From IMG/VR virus record IMGVR_UViG_3300025429_000036, positions 1-38,213 of that record: a stretch of 38,213 nucleotides of DNA; one strand, 5' to 3'. The position numbers were made by a program, and so were the translations under genes. Source of the DNA: a virus (taxonomy: Duplodnaviria > Caudoviricetes). The notes below the pieces were generated by a model. The model was given only the letters and a program-made list of their open reading frames with translations, did no database searches and was not told the origin of the DNA. Below are positions 21,008 to 30,649 of this stretch, piece by piece. Within the stretch, counting starts at the first letter, position 1. Each line of letters opens with the position of its first letter.

Positions 21008-22918
21008 ATGGCATATACAATTAAAAATTCAGACGGTACAGTATTATTAACCATTCCAGACGGAACAGTCGATCAGATTGCGACTAGTCTAGCGCTTATT
21101 GGAAAAAATGTAAATGCTTATGGTCAATATTATAACAATAACCTTGTTGCTTTATTAGAGAATTTTGCAACCGATGGAATACAACCTAGATCCCCGGTAG
21201 TCGGGCAATTATGGTATAACAAAGTCGATGGAAAATTATATGTTTATACTTTAGATAATGTTTTCAAATCAGTTTCCGGAGCTCAGTTATATCCTACCAC
21301 TCCAACACTAGCAAATGCAGGTGATCTGTGGATTAATACTGCGAACCATTCTTTATATTTTACCGAAGATGGAAGAAATTGGATATTGGCCGGACCACAA
21401 GTAATTTCAACAGCTTCATCAGCATCTAATGTTTGGCAAACAGACATTATTACTGACAGTCTAAGTAATACAAATACTGTTGCTAGTTTGTATAATAATG
21501 GAACATTGATTGCGATAGCAACTACTGCTTCCTTTACTTTTGCTTCACCGTTTAATGGAATGACATCGGTATCCCCGGGTATAAATTTAAATCCATCTGT
21601 TCCAGGTCTTAAATTCGTTGGTGATGCTACTAATGCCGATAGCGTGACCACAGTTACGAATATTTTAAACGCAAATTATTTAAAAATTAATTCTACGGTA
21701 ACTCAATATACCAATCAAAGATTTAACATTTTAAATGACAACGGATTATATGTAGGAGCTAGCAATAATGTCTCTATTATTTCTAGTAGCACCGCTAATT
21801 ATTTAAACAGTAATGATTCGAATAAATTCTTTGATATAAGAGCAAATAGTAGTGTGGCTCCGGGATATTTTACAGCAATAAGATTGAATGGTAATGATTC
21901 ATCATTTGGCAAACCTTCTTTAACATTTTTTCCTGGATCGACTGCAGGAACAAGAATAGTCAATGTAGCTTCTGATTTAACAATGACCGGCACGCTTTCG
22001 GTTACTGGTCCGGTATCTATTAATGGAAATTTAATTTTAACAGGGTCAACGGCTACTATTCAAACAAATAATTTACAAATTACAGATAAAAATATCCAAT
22101 TAGCTTATAGTCTATCTCCTTCGGATAGTAATGCCGATGGTGGCGGAATTACATTAATGGGTACTAGATCTCATAATTTAAACTGGAGTAATTCTTTAGG
22201 ATCTTGGCAGGTAGATGATAATTTTAATCTTGTCAATACTGCAAGTTCTTATCAAATTGCAGGAAATTCTGTTCTCACTAATTCTAGTTTAGGTCTAGGA
22301 GTTAATTCAGCATTAGGGATAAACAGATTAGGTGTATTAAATTATCTTACAGTTACTAATATAAGTATTACCACTGGAACGATTTCGATAGTATCTCCCG
22401 GAGTAGGAGCTAATATCGATATGAATTTAGTACCTGCAGGAACAGGTGTAGTCAATGTCAATAATGCTAAAATTATTAATGTTAATACATGTACTAGTTC
22501 TTTCGATGCAGCTAATAAAAAATATGTAGATGATAAAGTACATCTTGTTGGCACAAAAGGTTTTGTCCTCACTATAGATATTACAAATATGCCGACTCCT
22601 ACTACAACTATTGCTGCATATTTAAATGTATTATCTCCGCCTGTTAACGCAGATCCAACATATGATCTCATAGATGGAACATTGATGAGAGTTCTTTGTT
22701 CCTCATCGAGTTTTTATGTTCCTCCATTGCCTACTACTGTAACTCCTAGTTATGAATTAGTAGATCAAAATGGAGTACAAAGTGCTGTAAATGCGTTGAC
22801 TAATGTAGGAGTTCAAACATATCCTTTTTCGGCTCCTGTTCAAGTAACGTACACTGCGATGTTATTTGAAGTATACAGTAGAACATGGGTATACCAAGGA
22901 TCAATTGCTTTACCTTAA
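21008..22918 (+). CDS. Tail-fibre protein (636 aa)
   Basis: Same N-domain (GKNVNAYGQ...LLENF...GQLWY); S/T/N/G-rich shaft; ADGGGITL and DAANKKYVD fibre motifs; AAGGA SD. Confidence 0.8.
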   Translation: MAYTIKNSDGTVLLTIPDGTVDQIATSLALIGKNVNAYGQYYNNNLVALLENFATDGIQPRSPVVGQLWYNKVDGKLYVYTLDNVFKSVSGAQLYPTTPTLANAGDLWINTANHSLYFTEDGRNWILAGPQVISTASSASNVWQTDIITDSLSNTNTVASLYNNGTLIAIATTASFTFASPFNGMTSVSPGINLNPSVPGLKFVGDATNADSVTTVTNILNANYLKINSTVTQYTNQRFNILNDNGLYVGASNNVSIISSSTANYLNSNDSNKFFDIRANSSVAPGYFTAIRLNGNDSSFGKPSLTFFPGSTAGTRIVNVASDLTMTGTLSVTGPVSINGNLILTGSTATIQTNNLQITDKNIQLAYSLSPSDSNADGGGITLMGTRSHNLNWSNSLGSWQVDDNFNLVNTASSYQIAGNSVLTNSSLGLGVNSALGINRLGVLNYLTVTNISITTGTISIVSPGVGANIDMNLVPAGTGVVNVNNAKIINVNTCTSSFDAANKKYVDDKVHLVGTKGFVLTIDITNMPTPTTTIAAYLNVLSPPVNADPTYDLIDGTLMRVLCSSSSFYVPPLPTTVTPSYELVDQNGVQSAVNALTNVGVQTYPFSAPVQVTYTAMLFEVYSRTWVYQGSIALP

Positions 22919-22928
22919 GGAATGAATA

Positions 22929-24308
22929 ATGCCATATACAATAAGAAAAAGTGATGGAACGATATTAACAACTATTGCAGACGGTAGTTATGATGTTACC
23001 ACCACGTTATCTTTGCCAGGAAAAAATTTATACAATTTTGGACAATTACAGAATGAAAATTATGTTCATTTGTTAGAAAATTTTGCAAATACATCAGCCC
23101 CTGTTAATCAATTAACAGGGCAACTTTGGTTTGATAAATCGAATAATGTACTAAAAGTTTATACCTCGAATTGGCAACCATTAGCGGTATTATCGACTAA
23201 CAGCTCTTATTCAAGTATATTAGGAAATTTATATTATGATGTAGTAAATCAGCAACTTTCTATTAATAACGGAAGCGGATTTACTGTTATAGGACCTGAC
23301 GGGATCCCAGGATACGGCACTACACGTTCGGTATCTACGACCGTATTAGATCAAAATAATGTATTGCATCCTGTTATAGAACAATATGTTAATGGAGAAT
23401 TAATTGCAGTAATTAGCAATACAACATTTACTATTAATTCTGGAAATCCTATTAATGGATTTACAACCTTGCAAAAAGGAATAAATCTTAAGAATTACGG
23501 AACAACAAACGATACTATAATTAACGGAACGGCTCAAGCGTCATTGATTTCTAATAGTTTATTAGGCGATGGAGTTGGTAGCGTGTCGGCTGCAGTTCTT
23601 TCGACTCCAGACACTCTTGTACAGAGAGATAATAGTGGTAATATTTCTGTTTCCGGTATTAGTTCAAATTTATTAAGTGGTACAAATGGACTTATTAGCG
23701 GAGCATGGAAGATAGATACTAGTTTAAACCCTACAACAACAAATTCTATTAATCTTGGTACTTCTGGATTAAGATGGAATAATGTATATTCGCAAAATTT
23801 ATTCGGAACGAATTTAACTGCAGGATCAATTCAATTTACAACTTATTTAACAGACGCAAATTCTAATAATATTACTTTATTCGATAATGACGGAACATTA
23901 ACTGCTAATGCCACTACTAGATTGCCTACGCAACATGCGGTTAAATCTTATGTAGATAGCTCAATCTCAACAGCTATAGGATCTTTATCATCATTTAGTC
24001 AATCTTTTAATAATGGATCTTTAGGAACTAGTGGATGGACTCAACTGCCGAATGGTATGATAATGAATTGGGGTTATTCACAAGTTGGATCGGGTTCTAC
24101 CGGTGTTGCTTTTGGATCAGTGACTTTTCCAAAACCATTTGCGAATCATGCGATGTCTGCATTTTGTAGCACAGAAAGGGCATCAGCACCGGGAGCGGGC
24201 GCATCAGGTTCGGGGTATATTTCAAATTTATCAACAACAGGAATGACCGTGGGCTTTGATTCGAACGGAACTAAGCAAAGTGGTTATTGGTTTGCTATAG
24301 GATTTTAA
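22929..24308 (+). CDS. Tail-fibre protein with gp53-like C-terminal domain
   Basis: Same N-domain; LPTQHAVKSYVD motif; C-terminal SGWTQLPNGMIMNWG...VTFPKPF...YWFAIG. Confidence 0.8.
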   Translation: MPYTIRKSDGTILTTIADGSYDVTTTLSLPGKNLYNFGQLQNENYVHLLENFANTSAPVNQLTGQLWFDKSNNVLKVYTSNWQPLAVLSTNSSYSSILGNLYYDVVNQQLSINNGSGFTVIGPDGIPGYGTTRSVSTTVLDQNNVLHPVIEQYVNGELIAVISNTTFTINSGNPINGFTTLQKGINLKNYGTTNDTIINGTAQASLISNSLLGDGVGSVSAAVLSTPDTLVQRDNSGNISVSGISSNLLSGTNGLISGAWKIDTSLNPTTTNSINLGTSGLRWNNVYSQNLFGTNLTAGSIQFTTYLTDANSNNITLFDNDGTLTANATTRLPTQHAVKSYVDSSISTAIGSLSSFSQSFNNGSLGTSGWTQLPNGMIMNWGYSQVGSGSTGVAFGSVTFPKPFANHAMSAFCSTERASAPGAGASGSGYISNLSTTGMTVGFDSNGTKQSGYWFAIGF

Positions 24309-24342
24309 TAAAATATTTTAAATAACAGAAACAGGAAAATCA

Positions 24343-25695
24343 ATGCCATACATATTAAAAAAATCTAACGGAAATACTTTAGTCACTGTTGCAGATGGAT
24401 CAATAGACCAGTCTACATCTTTAACATTTGTAGGAAAAAATTATGCCGGTTATGGTGGTATTATTGATAATAATCTTTTATTCCTATTAGAAAATTTTTC
24501 TAATAAAACACCACCTACTAATCCTTTACAAGGACAACTTTGGTTTGATTCTAGCAATGTTAATTTAAAGGTATACGATGGATCAAATTTTAAACAATTA
24601 GCAGTTATATCGACTGCTACAAGTACTCCGGGCAATTTACAAAATGGTGATTTTTGGTTAAATCCCGTAACAAATCAATTATCGATTAAGTCTAATAATG
24701 TTTTTATTTCATTATCATCTTTAGGAGGAATAGGATCTTCCGGATCCGGAAGTTCAGCTATTTTTTCAACTATAAAAGATTCTTCAAACGTAGGGCATCT
24801 AGTATCAAAAACAATCGTCAATAGTTCTACGATTTATGTTAATTCGGCTGATGCACAATTTACAGTTAATTCAACCGATCCAAATTATGGATCTTTTAAA
24901 GTTATATCATCAGGAATAACATTAGCAGGAGCTGATTCTCTTGGCAGAACTACCTCATCATTATCTAGTGGAGGAAAGTTTTACGGAACAGCAGCACATT
25001 CATTACAAGCCGATTCTTTATTAACTGATTCGGGATCCTATAATATTGCAACTACTAGCACAGTTGCAAACAGTATCGTTGTTAGAGACTCTAATGGTAA
25101 TATTTCGGCAAATTTATTGACCGGAACAGCGACTAGTGCAAATAGTCTATATGTTAACGGTACAACTGTCGAATATGCTACTACAAGTTCCACAGCAAAT
25201 ACTGTTGTCGCTAGAGATAATTCAGGTCAGATTTTTGCAAGTAATTTTATAGGAGCCGCCAGTTCAGTACGTAATTCACTTACATTTGTCGACGGAACAA
25301 CCTATAATGGATCAGTACCGGTAACAGTAACTGCAAATTCTCTCGGCGGGCTAACAACATCAACTTTTCAAGGAATAAATCAAAGTCTTACTGTAAACGG
25401 ATATCAAATATTTCCAGGAGGGCTGACAATGGTTTGGGGCAAAGCTGGTCCTTATACCGGAAGAGAAGGAGCTATTACTGTAAATTTTGCAAGTAGCGGA
25501 TTAACAAATGGATTTGCAAATGCTTGTTTGAATGCTCAAGCAACCATCTTATTACCGTATGCAGATGATGCAGCTGATCAAGCCGCACAGGTTTTTTCAA
25601 TGACTAAAACAACCTTAGGTGTATATTTGCAATTTATGGGAGGCGGGAATTCTACCAATGGATTGTATATAAATTGGTTTGCTATCGGCCGTTAA
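24343..25695 (+). CDS. Tail-fibre protein with gp53-like C-terminal domain
   Basis: Same N-domain; internal repeats ANSIVVRDSNG / ANTVVARDNSG; C-terminal NGYQIFPGGLTMVWG...NWFAIG. AGGA SD and TAAATA (24319-24324) upstream. Confidence 0.8.
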   Translation: MPYILKKSNGNTLVTVADGSIDQSTSLTFVGKNYAGYGGIIDNNLLFLLENFSNKTPPTNPLQGQLWFDSSNVNLKVYDGSNFKQLAVISTATSTPGNLQNGDFWLNPVTNQLSIKSNNVFISLSSLGGIGSSGSGSSAIFSTIKDSSNVGHLVSKTIVNSSTIYVNSADAQFTVNSTDPNYGSFKVISSGITLAGADSLGRTTSSLSSGGKFYGTAAHSLQADSLLTDSGSYNIATTSTVANSIVVRDSNGNISANLLTGTATSANSLYVNGTTVEYATTSSTANTVVARDNSGQIFASNFIGAASSVRNSLTFVDGTTYNGSVPVTVTANSLGGLTTSTFQGINQSLTVNGYQIFPGGLTMVWGKAGPYTGREGAITVNFASSGLTNGFANACLNAQATILLPYADDAADQAAQVFSMTKTTLGVYLQFMGGGNSTNGLYINWFAIGR

Positions 25696-26564
25696 ACTGA
25701 CATTTTTGCTTTAATCGTTGGATGAGATTGATATTCTATCAACGAAATATCTTCCATTCCAAAATCTGTAATGACATCAATATCCGGATTTAAAAGTAAT
25801 TTAGGTAATGGATATGGTTTTCTAGTTAACTGTTCTTTTACTTGATCGATATGATTCTCATAGATATGCACGTCGCCGAAAGATATAATCAAATCACCCA
25901 CATCTAATTTGCAGACCTGTGCAATCATATGTGTGAATAATGCATAACTAGCAATATTGAAAGGAACTCCTAAAAATAAATCAGCCGATCGTTGATACAT
26001 ATGACAACTTAATTTTCCGTTACTAACATAAAATTGGCTCATTACATGACACGGAGGTAGAGCCATTAACTCTAGTTCTCCTGGATTCCATGCAGTTACA
26101 ATATGCCTTCGGCTATATGGATCTTCTTTAATTCCTTTAATCAAATCAAGTAATTGATCATGGTTTTGAAGAATTACTTTGTTAATTCTAATTAATGGTT
26201 TACGCCATTTGCGCCATTGAACTCCATAGATTCTACCGAGATCCCCTAGATGCCTTTTTAATTTTTTATCGACCCAATATTTTGCATTAGCGTTGTCAGT
26301 CCAAATAGTTGTTTCTAAGCTATCTCTATCACCATGAAGGATTTCTCTTAATCTTAATTCGTCGCCCGATCCTTCAATAAACCAGAGTAATTCGCTGACT
26401 ACTGCTTTCCATGCAAGTTTTTTTGTAGTTATTGCAGGAAAGCCTTCTGATAAATCAAATTTCAGTTGTTCTCCAAATTTACTCAAAGTTCCAACATTGG
26501 TACGATCTTTTCGAGATTCTCCATTTTCAAGAACGTCTCTAAGCAAATCTAAATATTGTTTCAT
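25692..26564 (-). CDS. thyA: Thymidylate synthase (ThyA/Td)
   Basis: DRTNVGT, ELLWFI, YGVQWR, catalytic LPPCH, YQRSADLFLGVPFNIASY, HIYENH. Confidence 0.97.
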   Translation of the reverse strand: MKQYLDLLRDVLENGESRKDRTNVGTLSKFGEQLKFDLSEGFPAITTKKLAWKAVVSELLWFIEGSGDELRLREILHGDRDSLETTIWTDNANAKYWVDKKLKRHLGDLGRIYGVQWRKWRKPLIRINKVILQNHDQLLDLIKGIKEDPYSRRHIVTAWNPGELELMALPPCHVMSQFYVSNGKLSCHMYQRSADLFLGVPFNIASYALFTHMIAQVCKLDVGDLIISFGDVHIYENHIDQVKEQLTRKPYPLPKLLLNPDIDVITDFGMEDISLIEYQSHPTIKAKMSV

Positions 26565-27049
26565 TTTTTATATTCTTTAATAGTGTAAGAAGGGGTATGT
26601 TCCGTAGATTCGACCTGTGAAATTTCTGTTACTTCTCTGTAATTTTCTTTTACAAATTCCAAATTAAAAAATTTATCACATACATAAGCAGCATCTATTT
26701 CGGTAATATACCAACATTCAACAACTTCTTTCAAAGTATCATATATTTGTTGACCACCAATTATACAAATATCTTTGTTTTTAAATCTTTCTTTTAATTC
26801 TTCTATAGCATTAAACGGATCTGAAAAAGTTAAATTTGCATCTGGATAAAATTGCGAACTTATTACTATGTTTATTCTATTATCAAGAATCTTCCCAATA
26901 CTTTTCCAAGTAGTTGACCCCATTAATACAATATGATCTGTTGTTCGGTCTTTAAACCATTCCAAATCTTCTTTTAATCTAGGCCACGGCATCTGACCTT
27001 GAAATCCGATGCCGTGACCTTTTTCTACAGCTACTAACCCAATTATCAT
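26561..27049 (-). CDS. folA: Dihydrofolate reductase (FolA/Frd)
   Basis: GIGFQGQMPWP.LKEDL..FK..T, LMGSTTW.SI, R.NIVIS, IIGGQQIY, CDKFF; ATGA overlap with thyA. Confidence 0.93.
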   Translation of the reverse strand: MIIGLVAVEKGHGIGFQGQMPWPRLKEDLEWFKDRTTDHIVLMGSTTWKSIGKILDNRINIVISSQFYPDANLTFSDPFNAIEELKERFKNKDICIIGGQQIYDTLKEVVECWYITEIDAAYVCDKFFNLEFVKENYREVTEISQVESTEHTPSYTIKEYKK

Positions 27050-27639
27050 TCAACTTCGACTTTTGGAGATTTTTTCTTTGCTTTAGGAGGATCTAAAGCA
27101 TCGGCGTCCTTGCGTAATCTCGAAGCTTCTTTGTATAAAGCATCTGCACGACTACGCATCTCAGCAGGAGTCAATTCGAAAGTTTGTTTAGAAGTTTCTT
27201 CGGACGATTCTTTAGGTACTTCTATTTCCACTTTACTTGTATTTTTAGTCTTTTTACTACCATCATTAACTGCTAACTCTTCCAGGCTTACACCTTTCTG
27301 TTTAGCAATTAGTTCGTTTAGTTCATTTAATGGTATTTGGGTTTGGCTATCAGGAGTCATAAGAACCATGTTGGTTGGTATTTTCTTGATATGATTATTT
27401 CTGTGAAGAAAATCTAACATAACATTACCATCAGGGAATCTACGAACTGCCAAGATATCAGCAAGCTCATTTGCCTGTTGGGCTTGTTCTGATTCGATTA
27501 AAGACATAAGAGTGTCATGATAGCTATCACTTAATCCCTGTGTCCCAACAACTAATGCGTTGTGTGGCTCGCCTGGAACTGTTCTAAACAGAACAGCCAG
27601 TCTAGCCGAGTTATTCTTCATTTTACCAACATGTTTCAT
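27046..27639 (-). CDS. Hypothetical phage protein (197 aa), C-terminal coiled coil and basic tail
   Basis: AAGGAG SD; protein-like composition; ATGA overlap with DHFR. Confidence 0.7.
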   Translation of the reverse strand: MKHVGKMKNNSARLAVLFRTVPGEPHNALVVGTQGLSDSYHDTLMSLIESEQAQQANELADILAVRRFPDGNVMLDFLHRNNHIKKIPTNMVLMTPDSQTQIPLNELNELIAKQKGVSLEELAVNDGSKKTKNTSKVEIEVPKESSEETSKQTFELTPAEMRSRADALYKEASRLRKDADALDPPKAKKKSPKVEVE

Positions 27640-27648
27640 ACAATCTCC

Positions 27649-27888
27649 TTATTGTGCTGCTGGGGTCTGTGATTGGTCAGCAGGTAGATTAGCATTTAAA
27701 AAGTTATCTAACTTTGTAAAAACTGCTCCTACCGATGCCATTTCGGCAGCTCCAAAAGCTCCTCGTCGAGCAGCAACATCGACGATGGATCTCAAATTTT
27801 GTAAATCTACAAGATTTAACTGAGGTGCTTCAGCTGCGGGAGGGGAAGCTACATACGCCCCCGAATCAACATTTGTATCTGTACTCAT
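27649..27888 (-). CDS. Small hypothetical phage protein (79 aa)
   Basis: AGGAG SD; helical core LNLVDLQNLRSIVDVAARRGAFGAAEM. Confidence 0.7.
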   Translation of the reverse strand: MSTDTNVDSGAYVASPPAAEAPQLNLVDLQNLRSIVDVAARRGAFGAAEMASVGAVFTKLDNFLNANLPADQSQTPAAQ

Positions 27889-27902
27889 TGCAATAATTTC
27901 TC

Positions 27903-28184
27903 CTAGGTTTTATGCAAATAAGGGCATGCTAAGATAAACATCGAAAGCTCTTTAGGATCTTCAAAGCTAACTTCGCAAACACCTTTTATTTTCCTGTTTT
28001 GATCTAAAATTAATTTAGTTCTAACACAGTACCTATTATTTAAGTTAGAATAGATCCAGTGGTCAAATTTTTCGATCAAGGCGATGTCGTTTAAATTTAC
28101 AGATGCAAAATGAGGAGGAGAATAGGACAACTTTCGTTGTCCTAAAATATTTAGAGGATTTACAGTACCCTTTGCTAATGGCAT
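27903..28184 (-). CDS. Hypothetical protein (93 aa)
   Basis: ATG at 28184 overlaps the TGA of the vWA gene (TGATG); fills the gap in the operon. Confidence 0.65.
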   Translation of the reverse strand: MPLAKGTVNPLNILGQRKLSYSPPHFASVNLNDIALIEKFDHWIYSNLNNRYCVRTKLILDQNRKIKGVCEVSFEDPKELSMFILACPYLHKT

Positions 28185-29443
28185 CACATTTCGTAATATG
28201 CAGTTTGTCCGAAAGGTGCAATAATTTTATTATTACCATGAATAATAAACAGTGTATCACAGTAATCTTCATCGCCCCAACCGCACCCAGGATATCCATC
28301 TGTAAACATAACAAATTTCTTTGGTTCGATTCCTTGTTCTTTCATAAACTCCCAATTGCACTCAAATAAAGTTCCGCCGCCACCTTTAGGAGTATACGAA
28401 ACGATTTCGTCCGAATTGTATGCATTAAATACAGCAACATCGTAAACTTTAGTATCAAAAGTCCATAGACGAAGATTAAAATCTTGATATTCGTCCATAA
28501 TTCCTTTAACTTCGCTGATCATATCTTTAGCCTGTTTATCAGTGATACTACCACTCATGTCGATTGAGACACAAATGTCAATAGTTTCTTCATTTAGTAA
28601 TCCAGGAAGAATAGCACCAGAATGTTGACTTTTACGGTTAGGCCGCACGAAGCTAAAATTATTTTTAAGAATACTTTGAATATTCATACGAAGAAGTTGA
28701 CGCCAATCCATTTTAGGCTCAGTAAAGTCACTGATTAGACGCTGAATTCCAACGGGTGTTCTACCGGCTCCAGCAGCCTGTGCCGCCGCAATCATTGCTT
28801 CTTTAATTTCATCTCGAATTTTTTTACGTTCTTCAGGAGATAGTTTTTTAGGACGAGTTCCTTCTTTATCTCCTTCTTTATTGCCGTTATTGCTATTACC
28901 TTCATCATCGCCATCGAGGTGTTCATCAAATAACTCACCTAGATCATTAATATTAATCTTGGTGCAATTTTTTTCAAGATCTTCGTAGATTGCTTCGAAA
29001 CTCCATCCGCGATATTTGTCATTTTGAAAAATTTTGATCGATCGAGGAATTTCTCCGATTTTTTCATCTTTAAGAATCTGGTTGACTGCAAAATCTGCAG
29101 CAATATTTGAAAGATTTTTATCTCTTTCCCCAAATCGACCAAGATGATCGAACACGTTGTGTAATACTTCATGAGCAAACCCGAATTCTACTTCTTTCGG
29201 GCGCAATTCGTGAACAAATTGATTGCTATAGTAGAAATTACGACCATCTGTTGCTAATGTTTCGCACCAATCACTCCCATCAATCAATTGCATACGTGTA
29301 GCCATATTACCGAAAAATGGATGTTTAAGGAGCAAAGCAATTCGAGCACCGATTAATTTTTCGATGATTTGATTTTTTTCTGCATTAGAAAATTCTTTAG
29401 CAGGTTTTATTTTGCTAGTTTTTTTTGAAGATGTAGTAGACAT
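28184..29443 (-). CDS. Metallopeptidase (HExxH)-vWA protein, DUF2201-like; MoxR partner
   Basis: TLATDG, AHEVLHNVFDH zincin motif, acidic linker, MIDAS DMSGS, GGGGT, FTDG; GAGGA SD. Confidence 0.88.
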   Translation of the reverse strand: MSTTSSKKTSKIKPAKEFSNAEKNQIIEKLIGARIALLLKHPFFGNMATRMQLIDGSDWCETLATDGRNFYYSNQFVHELRPKEVEFGFAHEVLHNVFDHLGRFGERDKNLSNIAADFAVNQILKDEKIGEIPRSIKIFQNDKYRGWSFEAIYEDLEKNCTKININDLGELFDEHLDGDDEGNSNNGNKEGDKEGTRPKKLSPEERKKIRDEIKEAMIAAAQAAGAGRTPVGIQRLISDFTEPKMDWRQLLRMNIQSILKNNFSFVRPNRKSQHSGAILPGLLNEETIDICVSIDMSGSITDKQAKDMISEVKGIMDEYQDFNLRLWTFDTKVYDVAVFNAYNSDEIVSYTPKGGGGTLFECNWEFMKEQGIEPKKFVMFTDGYPGCGWGDEDYCDTLFIIHGNNKIIAPFGQTAYYEM

Positions 29444-29460
29444 GTAAATTCCTCTAATCA

Positions 29461-29480
29461 GAAAGGGCCCTTACGGGCCC
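29461..29480 (-). terminator. GC hairpin (GGGCCC-GTAA-GGGCCC-TTTC): weak terminator or mRNA-stabilising stem
   Basis: 6-bp all-GC stem with GNRA loop in the gap between ATPase and vWA genes; the U-tract is short. Confidence 0.55.
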
Positions 29481-29486
29481 ATAAAA

Positions 29487-30575
29487 TTAAAAAGGTTGAT
29501 CCATTGCAGTCATAATGTATTTGCCATACTTATCATGGAACTCATCAAAGTTCTTGAGTTTACCGGTATCAAACGGTAGATCATAATTAGTAAGTGCAAT
29601 TTTTGCAGTCATAACCGTCAATTCCGTTGGAAAATTATCCATTAAAAAGCGGAAGAAATTATCACCGAGTGTATTCCAATTTTTAATGTTTTTAGTGTCC
29701 GCATCTTTAAGTTCATAACATAGGCTAATGCCTAGAGAATACATAGCGCTGATTTCTTTAATTGAACATTTCGTAATTTTACCAGCTAGGATATCTTCTG
29801 GTTTAGGCATTTGTTTTGACACTTTTCGATGCGCCATAAACTTATGTGTTGGCCCTTCACCGATTGCTCCTGAAATAAGATCAGTAAGTGTACTATCATC
29901 TAAATCATCATCGATAAGCAAATCACTTACAAAACTCCAAGAACGAGGAGTTGCAAAACTACGGCTTGCACTCTTAGGATCAAAATCATACAGATCTTGT
30001 TTAGCAAAACTGAGATAGCCAACAACCTGTTCGTGAATATTGTTTGTAGTAGCCCAAAACAACCAATCTTCGAAATCAGTTCTCAATTCAAGATGCAAGA
30101 AACGATTTGCCAACGGAGCTGGCATACGATAAGTAACACCTTTATCAGTTTCACGATTACCGGCAGCAACGATACTTACGCCATTAGGCAACCGATAGGT
30201 ACCAACACGCCGATTTAAAATAAGCTGATAAGCAGCAGCTTGAGTGGCTGGTGCCGCTGAATTAAGCTCATCAAGGAACAAAATAGCGTTGCTGTCTGGG
30301 TCAGTGGGTAATTCAGATGGCGGAGCCCAACTCATAGTATTAAGCTGAGAATTATAATACGGAATACCTTTGATATCAGTAGGCTCCCAAAGGCTCAAAC
30401 GAACGTCGATAACTTCGCGAGATTGCTCGTCACCGATTTGTTTAACAATATCGCTCTTACCAATACCTGGAGGGCCCCACAAAAATGCAGGTCGTTTAAT
30501 CTTGATACACTTACGAATACTTTTCTTAGCTTCGTTCGGAGTAACCGTTCGATTAATTGAAATTTTCTCTGCCAT
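29487..30575 (-). CDS. MoxR-like AAA+ ATPase
   Basis: Walker A GPPGIGKS, Walker B LFLDE, AAGNR, PLANRF, TPRSW; adjacent to the vWA gene. Confidence 0.9.
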   Translation of the reverse strand: MAEKISINRTVTPNEAKKSIRKCIKIKRPAFLWGPPGIGKSDIVKQIGDEQSREVIDVRLSLWEPTDIKGIPYYNSQLNTMSWAPPSELPTDPDSNAILFLDELNSAAPATQAAAYQLILNRRVGTYRLPNGVSIVAAGNRETDKGVTYRMPAPLANRFLHLELRTDFEDWLFWATTNNIHEQVVGYLSFAKQDLYDFDPKSASRSFATPRSWSFVSDLLIDDDLDDSTLTDLISGAIGEGPTHKFMAHRKVSKQMPKPEDILAGKITKCSIKEISAMYSLGISLCYELKDADTKNIKNWNTLGDNFFRFLMDNFPTELTVMTAKIALTNYDLPFDTGKLKNFDEFHDKYGKYIMTAMDQPF

Positions 30576-30621
30576 AAAATACCTTTAAGTTTAGTGTTAA
30601 GGAATCATCTTTCAAGCGTTT

Positions 30622-30649
30622 ATTATACGCTTTTTTATCATTGAGTCAA
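30622..30649 (-). promoter_or_regulatory. Sigma70-type promoter TTGACT-N16-TATAAT for the ATPase operon
   Basis: -35 at 30649-30644 and -10 at 30627-30622, about 46 nt upstream of ATG 30575. Confidence 0.7.

Noticed and set aside
155-24635. Short ORFs antisense to or nested in structural genes (e.g. 155-409, 1423-1755, 1872-2096, 21283-21651)
   Set aside because: Shadows of the long plus-strand genes, with no recognisable motifs.
24000-25695. DGR or invertible shufflon acting on fibre tips
   Set aside because: The two gp53-like tips share only a short DNA match (ATTGGTTTGCTAT). No adenine-specific TR/VR pair, reverse transcriptase or invertase in the window.
25692-26564. Thymidylate synthase as a dCMP hydroxymethylase supplying the glycosyltransferase (T4 hmC style)
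   Set aside because: Keeps Asn in PFNIASY (dUMP specificity; dCMP enzymes have Asp) and is coupled to DHFR. The ORF is also continuous, so there is no td-type intron.
26561-27049. DHFR as a trimethoprim-resistance gene
   Set aside because: Ordinary phage frd-td pairing with no integron or mobile context; resistance cannot be inferred.
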